DNA of 64,000 nt, from positions 110,114,001-110,178,000 of the forward strand of contig NC_045697.1 in the NCBI RefSeq assembly GCF_009834535.1, given 5' to 3'. The notes under the pieces were generated by a model, which saw only the letters and a list, made by a program, of their open reading frames with translations, had not been told where the DNA came from and did no database searches. The stretch comes from Camelus ferus. Lineage: Eukaryota. Within the stretch, counting starts at the first letter, position 1. Every line of letters begins with the position of its first letter. Shown piece after piece: positions 53,180 to 64,000 of the stretch. A program made the position numbers and the translations under genes.

Positions 53180-53340
53180 TTATAAATATTATATATTATT
53201 TTATATATAACATATATTATTATATTATATATTATTTTTATATAACATTATATTATATATTATTTTTATATAACATATTATATTATATATTATTTTTATA
53301 TAATGTATGTTATTATATTACATATTATATTATAATATAA
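53180..53340. repeat. AT-rich minisatellite (~30-bp unit, ~4 copies)
   Basis: Recurrent attatattatatattatttttatataacat. Confidence 0.85.
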
Positions 53341-53384
53341 TGTGCATTTATTACGAATCATTACCACCAGTGATTAGATTTTAT

Positions 53385-53710
53385 AGGTTCCTTATCCTAA
53401 ATGCTTAGGGCCAGATAGAGTCATCCTGGAATTCTGAAGTTTTAAGTTCTATAAAGGAAATATAGTCCCTGTGTAATACAGTACATATGTAAGTATATAT
53501 AAATATAGTACATATAGTATTGTCTGGAGTGGCAGCCCATAACCAAACACTTAACATTCTGTGGCAAAATGAATGAATAGGCACATTTAGAGGGATTCAA
53601 AAAACAGGAACAGCCTCATGTCAGTAAGTCAGGTTTCTCACTAACTGAGTGTTTAAAACTTTCCATCCTGAGAGATTTCAGAACTATAGATAAAAGATGA
53701 CGGATCTTTA
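53385..53710. mobile_element. MER46C-like Tigger fossil
   Basis: ggttccttatcctaaatgcttagggccaga...tttcagaactatagataaaagatg. Confidence 0.55.
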
Positions 53711-54734
53711 GCACTAAGATGCAGATTCAGCGCACTGGACGGAGGGCAAGGGCACTCTTTGTTCTTAGTGATTTCAAATCAGAAGTCAGGAAAAAAAATT
53801 GGAAATTTTAGTTTGGGGAGTCATAGCCAAATATTTGAGGAACCAAGAAGAATTCAGGGTCTAGTCCGGTTTACAGGGACGGAACAAAACCTCAAAGACA
53901 ATGAACAGGACTAGAATCTGACTCTTTAAGCTGTAGCCAATCAACGAATTGCCTTACTTTGCTTCTGAATCTTCTCTATAAAAGGCTTTCCCCTCGCTCC
54001 TGTCCGTGGAACACTCCTAACCACTTCTGGTTCGGTGTTGCCTCACTCCAATCAATTTTTGCTTAAATAAACCCTTAAAAATTAAAAAAAAAATTGAAAA
54101 ACAAATATTTCAGGTGGAAATAACACCCTGGAAAACATAATGACATTAAAAAAGTCTTTGCTGTGTCGTAGGAGGGGTAAGCACACTGATATGACTTGGA
54201 GGGAACAGGCAGGTAGAGGGAGAGGGTGGGGAAAATCTAAAGAAAGCCTTGATGCTCAGATTCATGGAACTTGATTTAAATGCAAAAGAAGACAGACTTT
54301 ATTCTGCACACCTGCAGACTCTCACAGTAACAAACGTGGCATGTACACCCTGAATACATATGTATTTGCTAATACACTTAAATATTCATGTGCTAGTGTA
54401 AAAACACCACAAAAGGCTTAAAAGGATGAAATTCAAAGTTGTAATGTTTTCCTCCTAAACCCCCACATGGGACACTACTGTTGTCATCAAGGAACGGATA
54501 TGACCAAATCTAGGTTTTAGAATAAGATACCTGAGCTCAAAATTCAAAAGTGCAGCTTAAAAATAAATAAAGAGGTTCCTTAGGCAAAAAGTAGAGGAAA
54601 TGCTGAGTTAACCAAGTCAAATGGGTTCTTTGCCTCAGGACTTCTCACAGCCTTCCCAATGCACATTTCTATGGGGTAGGGGGTTGGTGGGGTGGGGTAG
54701 GGGTAGGTGAATGAGTTCTGAGGTGTTTTCCACT

Positions 54735-55282
54735 CTTTTTTCTATTGGAAGTATAGTTGATTTACAAATGTTGTGTTAGCTTCTGGTACACAGCATAGTG
54801 ATTCAGTTTAACATATATATATTATTTTTCATTACAGGATATTGAATATAGTTCCCTGTGTTACACAGTAGGACCTTGTTGTTTATCTATTTTATATATA
54901 GTAGTTTGTGTCTGCTAATCCCAAACTTCTAACTTATCCCTCCCCCACTTTCCACTTTGGTAATCATAAATTTGTTGTCTGTGAGTCTGTTCCTGTTTTG
55001 TAAATAAGCTCACAGCAGTACTATTTATAATAACCAAGACATGGAAGTGACCTAAATGCCCATTGACAAATGACTGGATAAGGAAGATGTGGTATATTTA
55101 TATGATGGAATACTACTCGGTCATAAACAAAGAATGAAATAACGCTATTTGCAGCAACACGGATGGATCTAGAGATGATCATACTAAGTGAAGTAAGTCA
55201 GACAGAGAATGACAAATCATATGATATCACTTATATGTGGAATCTAAAAAATGATACAAATGAGCTTATTTCCAAAACAGAG
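54735..55282 (-). mobile_element. L1 3' end with 5' inversion (twin priming)
   Basis: 54735-55012 is antisense 3' UTR with T-tail; 55010-55282 is sense ORF2-end/3' UTR start. Confidence 0.82.
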
Positions 55283-56144
55283 CATTCTCCATTCCAATTT
55301 ACCATGGAACCCTCATTGGAAGGAGCATTTCAGTAGGCAAGTATCCCACAGAACACAATAGGGGGAGAGCTAATTCAAATGTACTTTCTCCATTCCCTCA
55401 ACTAACAGAGGATTAGAATTCCTCCCAATCTTCTGTTACTAAAATGTACAGCTCATTGAGACTGTCCTGATCATGCAAACTCTGAAAGACTCTGACCAGA
55501 CCCACCCAGCTAAGCTGCTTCCAGATTCCTGGCCCTTAGAAACTTACTATTTTAAGCTGCTGAGTGTGGGAATAATTTGTTACACAGCAGTTAGGCAACT
55601 AACATACCCCATAAAGTCCATGCATGAATGTTTCTTAACTTTGTCTTATCCTTTCTCTTTCCACCAAAAAGTTGTGGTTCACTTTGATACAATTTTAATC
55701 TTTTAAGGTTTAATATTATGGTAGAAGACTCAACCAATTTACCTAAACCCTAATCCTCTCAAGAAGTGCTGTGAAAGTTGGGAGTATTTGGGGAAGGCAA
55801 CAGTCTTGAAATTATACGGTATTGGAGGCAGAAGGGCTACCTAAGACAATCAACGGATATGGACATTTTCTTCTATTATGTCTATTATGCCATATTCTAC
55901 ACTCCACGTTCTCTGCTCTTGCCTCTGGGACTCCTGCACAGTAGAACATTGACCTCAATCCTTCATGTCTCTTAGCATCTGTGGGCTGTGGTTTCCCTTG
56001 CCAATGCATTCTAGTCTATACTTTGTCATTCAGTGAGCAAAGGTGAAGGGAACTGAGGGTCCAGTTTGTTAAGGAAAACAAAAAGTAAGCCATGGTGTCA
56101 CCAAAGCCAAGAGAAGTAGAAATCTGAATAAGAATAATTTCAAG

Positions 56145-56289
56145 ACTATGAAAATGAATATATATCTATATCTATATCTATCTATCTATATATATATATA
56201 TCTATATATATATATGCATGACTGGGACATTATGCTGTACACCAGAAATGGACACATTGTAAGTGAGTACACTTCAATAAAAAGAAATT
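56145..56289 (+). mobile_element. L1 3' end fragment with (TA/TC)n expansion and TSD, inserted in an L2 fossil
   Basis: TSD aagaataatttcaag (56130-56144) / aagaataacttcaag (56290-56304). Confidence 0.85.
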
Positions 56290-57859
56290 AAGAATAACTT
56301 CAAGCTCCTCGAGAAGTTGAATAAAATGAAAATCAAGAAATAATCTTAGGATGTAGCAAATGTAAAGTATGTTCATAAAAGCAGTTTTATTAGAGAAGAG
56401 GGGTGGGAAGAAGGGATCAAAGAAAGATTGACAAGTGAGGAAACAGAGACAACTATTTTAAGTAGATTTGCTATGAAAGACATAAGAGGAAGAAAATGGT
56501 TCACTAGAAAGGTATATGGAATCAGAAGGAGGCTTTTTTTAAAAGGTAGAAACCATTATTATGCCTTGGATGCCAATGAGAGGCATTCAGTAGAATTTGA
56601 GAAGATCATTACGGAAGTGAAGCCCTTTAAAAGGCTGGAATAGGTGGGATCCTGAACAGCAGAGGGATTTGCTTTCAAGGCGAACAAGGACATCTCTTAA
56701 CATGCTAACAGGAAAGAAGGCAAAGGATGTGAGCTGACAGTAGGTAGGAAGGTACAGACTTCTCTCTCAAGCAAGTAACTTATTTTTCTCCAGGCACATT
56801 TAGCCACTTACACAAGTGCAGAAAAGGCAGAGTCAGGTTTAGACAGAGCTGGGGTTTTACCTGGAAAGTTCTACGGAGTAACGGAACTAAAGGGAGTTTG
56901 CAACTGGATGACTTGAATGACGGCTCAATAAACTAGTGATCGTAACAGAAGAATTATCTCCTGGAGTGGAGGTGCTACCTCAGTAGACAGAAAGATGAGA
57001 ATGATTGTCAGAATACAGCAAGCTTGAAATCAAGATTTCAGAGGTTGGAAATCAGAAAGTCAAGGAGCTGAGAGGCTCAGGGTGTTGGGTGCTTCAAAAC
57101 ATGGACAGCGAGGTTTCCAGGAGAGAACAGTAGTGGAGAAGGCTGCGTAAGATGTAAATGTCCTTGTTGACAAAGAGGTCTAGAACATGAGAGCAGCAAC
57201 AAAGCGTGTCCAGGGTAAAGTCTGACAACGTGAACTTCAAAAGCGAATTCGTTTTGGAGAAAGGAGAAGGGAGTAGAAATGACTTGGATGTTGTGATGGG
57301 CACCATGTCAACAACGCTCTTCTAGCTTGTGATTAGCAGAATGCGGGCTTCTCTGCAAGAGAGCAGAGAGGACTGCTGTCCTCGGGGGAAGCCGGTATTG
57401 ATCAGCGCAAGAAGATAAAGGAGCAGTCAGAGAGCAGGCTGAGTCTATAAGGGAGTTTGCTAAATGACCAGGATTTCCGGAGGGCACAGTAGGAGAGCAC
57501 GGGAGGGCAGAGAGTGTGGGTAGGCAACCGAACCAAATTAAGGGATGAACAGAGCAGGATGGGGATGAGAATACGGATAATAGACGGCTGGGAGGCTAAA
57601 CTTCTAGAGGTAAGACTGAGTGATATAAAGTGGTATTGAACACATTTGGGAATTAATCCTCATATTTAAAAACAGTAGACAATCCTTTTGAGATAAGGTT
57701 CAGACAATTTAGCTAGAAAGTGTGGGTGACTGGGCAATGGCTTATTCCCAAAACTGGGGTAGGGGGTGGTGATCAATGAAATGTAAAATAAAAATAAGCA
57801 CTTGAATTCTTTTTGGAAAATGAGATACTGTAATTGATTAAAATTAAAATGTGCTTGCC

Positions 57860-58100
57860 CTAAGTTTCAGTTTTATAGAATGAATAAGTTCTGGGGATCT
57901 AATGTACAGCATGGTGATCATGGTTAATAATATGAAATTTGCTGAGAGTAGATCTTGAAGTGTTCTCACCACTCACTATGTAATTAGCTTGATTGTGATC
58001 ATCATTTCACAAAGTACCCACATAATCAAAACATCACACTGTACACCTTAAATGTATACAATTTAAATTTATTAATTACACCTCAATAAAGCTGGGGGAG
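57860..58100 (+). mobile_element. L1MA-type 3' end
   Basis: aataagttctggggatctaatgtacagcatggtg...cctcaataaagctgggg. Confidence 0.8.
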
Positions 58101-59186
58101 GAAAGGCAAAGACTGAGTGTGCCCTTTTACTCAGCAAGTTTGCTTCTAGAGATCTATTTGTATTACACACACACACGCTCTGCAGCACAACTTCAATAGC
58201 CAACATTTATCATGACTATATATGATGGTGGAAGGCTAAGTCAATTTACTTTCTATATTGCTAGTCTGAAACGCTCTCCTCTAAGCCTGGAGCGGTGAGA
58301 TAGGGTTGAAACTGCTTTATCTCAGGCACGTTTTCAGCTGCAGAATTCAGGATGTCACAGAAATACGGATAGAATGTTAATAAACATACACACCAAAAAA
58401 AAAAGAAACATTCATTTGGTGAAAATAAATGGTAAAAGGAAACAGGAATTACATGTAAGTGTGGGATAATTAAAATTATTGTGAAAAATCACTTGACTTC
58501 CAGTGTAATCCAATTAACTATTTTTATTACGTAATTTTACAGCATTCTCATGATTTCCAGGTATGAGGTAAGTTAACAGCAACTGTAGCAGCAAAAATAG
58601 ACTATTTTAGAAATAATACAGATAGAAGTGGTTGAGTTGAAAAAAAATATTGACATCACAAGGATAAATAGAGAAGAAGCCCAGAACATCTAGGTATTTT
58701 ATAAGAAAAATACTTCTATTGACAGACAACTATCTCTTAGCAACAACCAGCAAATGGGTTCTCAGCAATTTTCTTTCAAAGAGCTTTCAGGATATACATT
58801 ACAAACAGAAAGGATCAGAGGAAAAAAACCACAGATTGTCAAGGTAATTGTATGGAATTAAAGGCCTTTTTTCAAGGTGTAGCTCATTGTTTTGCATAAA
58901 TTCATTATGGCCTAGAATCCAACATCTTGAACCTAAAATCTTATCTGAGTTCATTTATTTTGCAAATCCAAGCTAGACTACTGTTAGGGGACAGCCTCCT
59001 AAGTTGTTATCAATACTGATATCTTCATCTGTACCAACCTTTTTGATTAGGAACATGTGTTGCTAGTAGATATCACACAGAGTAATTATGACAGATGCAG
59101 ACTTCACCCTGTAGAGATGCCCAGTTCATCACAGAAGAAATTTAGGAAGATTATGCAGGCAGCACAATAAACACTGCACACTGGAA

Positions 59187-59233
59187 CACACACACACACA
59201 CACACACACACACGCCGCGCGCGAGCGCGCACG
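59187..59233. repeat. (CA)n-(CG)n alternating purine-pyrimidine tract
   Basis: (ac)13 followed by gccgcgcgcgagcgcgcacgc. Confidence 0.9.
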
Positions 59234-59370
59234 CTGCTTGCTCTCATACATTCTGAGGCAAACAACAGGAACATTGGGAGTCAGTTTCAGGTCCAAATAA
59301 GGTGAAGATTAGGAAGCTGTTAAGAGTCTATGATTTGGGGGCAGGGGGAGACTCTTCAAAATTTGTCTTT

Positions 59371-59472
59371 AACACCTGCACCTCAATGTTCATAGTAGCA
59401 CTATTTACAACAGCCGAGACATGGAAACAACCCAAATGTCCATTGATAGATGACTGGATAAAGAAGATGTGG

Positions 59473-59505
<33 letters not shown>

Positions 59506-59925
59506 AGGAATACTACTCAGCCATAAAAAGAATAAAATAATGCCATTTGCACAACATGGATAGACCTGGAGAGCAACATTCTTAGTGAAGTAAGCCAGAA
59601 AGAGAAAGAAAAATGCCATATGATATCACTTACATGTAGAATCCTAAAAAAAAGGACACAAATGAACTTATCTACAAAACAGAAACAGACTCACAAACAT
59701 AGAGAACAAATTTATGGTTACCAGGGGGTAAAGAGGGTGGGAAGGGATAAATTGGGAATTCGAAATTTTCACTTCTTGGGGAGTGACGGAAATGCTAGCT
59801 ATCCTGATTGTGGTGGTGGTTTCATTGGCGTATATACATCTATCAAAATTCATCAAATAGCACATCTGAAGTATGTGTAGTTTACTGTACGGGAATCATA
59901 CCACAATAAAGGTGTTTAAAAAATT
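59371..59925 (+). mobile_element. Young L1 ORF2-end/3' UTR fragment (59371-59768) abutting an older L1MC-type 3' end
   Basis: TCTSMFIVALFTTAETWKQPKCP; then ggaaatgctagctatcctgattgtggtggtgg...caataaag. Confidence 0.8.
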
Positions 59926-60026
59926 GTCTTTAAAATTACATCTCCAGGTCTGCCCTCAAGAAGATCTGCTTCCAGGGAGGCTGAGCACACAGCTTCTTCC
60001 TTGGGTCCCCGACACCTCAGACCCAC

Positions 60027-61447
<1,421 letters not shown>

Positions 61448-61544
61448 GGTGGTTGCAAAGATTTCCTTTTGTGCAGGCTCATGCCTACAAGGGTTCTGGT
61501 CAACCCTTCGCCTTCCTCTCTGGGGGACATTCTGCACCAGGGCA

Positions 61545-61990
61545 GTGCATTGAGTGTGTTTTCTTCTGTGGATTCTGATGCTTTGATATCTGGGGTCTTG
61601 CTGATCCTAGAGAGCTGCCCCAGGATCAGGTGAGTGTGCTCCTCAAATGCAAACCAACCAACCCGGAGTCCGCACTCTCAACCACCTCCTTAAGTGGCTT
61701 TCACACTCTGGGCCACTGTTCACCCACCCTAATCACTCACGGCCAGGTAGCTAGTCATTAGAGACAGCCTCTCTGCCCCAGGCCACTGAAACTATTCCAA
61801 CTAGCCAACCTCAAGTCTGCTAATTCTGCCTCTCCCATTCATTCCCTTGGAAAGCACAATAAAGCCCCTTGCCCAGAGTTTTCTATTTCTCCCTCTGCCT
61901 CCTGACTGACCTCAGTGTGCACACCACATACACCCGCTCCCATAATGTGTTGTGCCCCTCCTCTTGGGATCTGTGAGTGTAACATCCTAT
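61545..61990. mobile_element. MER74-like (ERVL) solo LTR
   Basis: gatgctttgatatctggggtcttgctga...atgcaaaccaaccaa...cacaataaag...ctcctcttgggatctgtgag matches recalled MER74. Confidence 0.75.
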
Positions 61991-62239
61991 TTGTTCCTTA
62001 CCCATACCTAAATAACAATAAAACCTACATTAAACTAGGCAGGGGGCAGACTAGCTCCCAGCTGTAACACAGCTGGGCTCAGGATTTCACACCACAGGAG
62101 CATGAGTCCTTGAATGGAAAGTACCCACAGGAAGGATGTTTCTCTTGTAACAAAACTGAAATATGTTTATTATGTTGGACGGTTTTCCATCTACAAAACA
62201 AGGAGTTTTTACAGAAGAATATTCTGATTTGCATACATC

Positions 62240-62722
62240 ATTGTCTTAGTCTATTTGAAATGCTGTAAGAAATAAACGACAGAAATTTATTTCTCATGGT
62301 TCTGAAGGCTATAGAAGTCCAAGATCGGGGCACCAGAATGGCTGGGTTCTGGTGAAGGCCTGGAGACTGACTCGTTTTTTAAAAAATGGTTTTGGGCAGG
62401 AGGTAATCAGGTTCTTTGTTTGTTTGTTTTAATGGAAGTACTGGGGATTGAACTCAGAATCTTGTGCATGCTAAGCACACACTCTACCACTGAGCTATAC
62501 GCTCCCCTCTGAGACTGCCAACTTTTTGCTGTATTCTCAGACAGCAGAAGAGGCTAGGGAGCCCTCTGGGACCTCTTTCATAAGGGCACTAATTCCATTC
62601 ATGAGGGCTCCACCCTCATGACCTAATCACCTTCTAAAGGCCCCACCTCCTAAAACTATCACCTTGGGCTTTAGGGTTTCAACATACAAATTTGAGGGGG
62701 ACACAAGCATTCAGACCAGAGC
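62240..62722. mobile_element. MLT1A/MST-type MaLR LTR interrupted by a SINE
   Basis: tgtcttagtctattt...aaatttatttctcatggttctg...ctcatgacctaatcacc...cattcagaccagagca. Confidence 0.8.
62375..62509 (-). mobile_element. Vic-type SINE nested in the MaLR LTR
   Basis: gtactggggattgaac...ctctaccactgagctatacgctcccc; flanking gagactg duplication. Confidence 0.9.
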
Positions 62723-63819
62723 AATCATGAACCTGGTGAATGTCTCCTTTGATTTCTAAACTAGTAAAAACTGCTACACAGTCTGTAAACATTTTCTTAG
62801 TTACCCTGAAAATAAAATACCTTTTGGCTTGGGAAAAAAACAAAACAAAACACATCTCCTTTGGTCAATCTGGGAAAGCTCTGTGGAGAGATGGTGTGGT
62901 TCAAGATGCATCTGAATGTTGCAGTAGAGACTTGGTGAACTGTGTGTGAAAGCTGGCATTCTTCTAGACTAAAAGTTCAATATAGAAACAGGAAGAAACA
63001 AACAAGGAGGTTTAAATTAAATATCTGAGTTGATTTTTTTTATTCCACCGCCACTGCTCCTAATTAATGTACTACTTTTTGGCAGTAAAAAGCTTCTGGC
63101 ATCAAGTGATCCAATTTATATTAAGGTAATTTCTACATACACTTTTGCAAAATCATCTGAAGAAACCAGCTAATTAGAGACAGATGTTTGACAACTACAG
63201 CATTAGATTTAAACTGATTATGCAAATCTAGGATGGTCTTACACAATTGTCTCAAAATCTGTTAAGAATCTATTTCTGAAGCCTTTATGAGTAAATGTTT
63301 GAGTGCATATATTGGGCTTTAAATAATCACATAGACTTGAATTAACCTAAACTCCTCTGTTTACTCTTGCTTTTGGTTCCTACTTCTTTACTTACATAGA
63401 AGCAAAAATTCCTGAAACCACACAGACAGAGGTTGGTAAAATCTAACCAAATAGATCATCGTAATTTTATTGAATATAAATGACTTTATTTTCAAACTGG
63501 TTTCTACATGTTTACTTGTAATAAATATATTTAGACTCATTTCTCCCATCAATTCATGTCTTAAGTAGGTGGCTTCTTCCACTAATTTCAAAAGAGAAAG
63601 ATTAGACCAGAAAGGTGTTAGCAATATCTATGTACACATGTGAGTAGTAAGCAGATAAAAAAGAAACAAGGAAAGTCTCGAAAACAGACTAAGTGAAAAA
63701 ATAAACGTGTAGCATAGTGTGTACAGAAGGCTCTCTCTGCTATAATGTAATGGAAGTTCAACAAGCTTTTTCTAAAACATACTTGGAAATGTACATTGTC
63801 AGGAACAATCAAGGCAACC

Positions 63820-64000
63820 TTGAAAATGAAGGGCAAAGCTAAACAAATACATGATAGTATGACCTATTATAAAGCTCATATAATTAAGAGAGTATGGAGC
63901 TAGTGCAAAGGTAGACAAATAGGTCAAAAATAGGGTGTAAAAAATAGACACATATACAGTCACATGATTCATGACAAATGTGACGCTACAGGGTAGTGCA
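63820..64000 (+). mobile_element. Old L1 ORF2 fragment
   Basis: tattataaagct..taattaagagagtatgg...gacacatatacagtcacatgattcatgacaaa. Confidence 0.6.

Overview
Mammalian genomic DNA, almost certainly camelid (Vic-type tRNA-derived SINEs, camelid-type L1 3' UTRs). The window is the middle of DCHS2 (dachsous cadherin-related 2) on the minus strand. Eleven coding exons (about exons 3-13 by recalled human numbering; the last runs off the left edge) were reconstructed with GT/AG sites and phases. Ten are open and phase-compatible. The small exon at 25030-25130, missed by the ORF track, is 101 nt where phase logic needs 100: an extra A gives Arg-Arg-stop at the normal junction. Two in-frame rescue routes exist: an AG 7 nt into the next exon (whose acceptor follows a (TG)n tract), or joint skipping of both exons. 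Introns hold a degraded, internally deleted KLHDC4 processed pseudogene, a TSD-flanked tailless L1 with an internal-priming/template-switch junction, a twin-primed L1, many short L1 3' ends with TSDs, Vic SINEs, old LTR/DNA/L2/MIR fossils and a perfect GGG(TTAGGG)3. I see no new gene system or prokaryote-type system. Family names and orthologue comparisons come from recall, not searches, and repeat boundaries are approximate.
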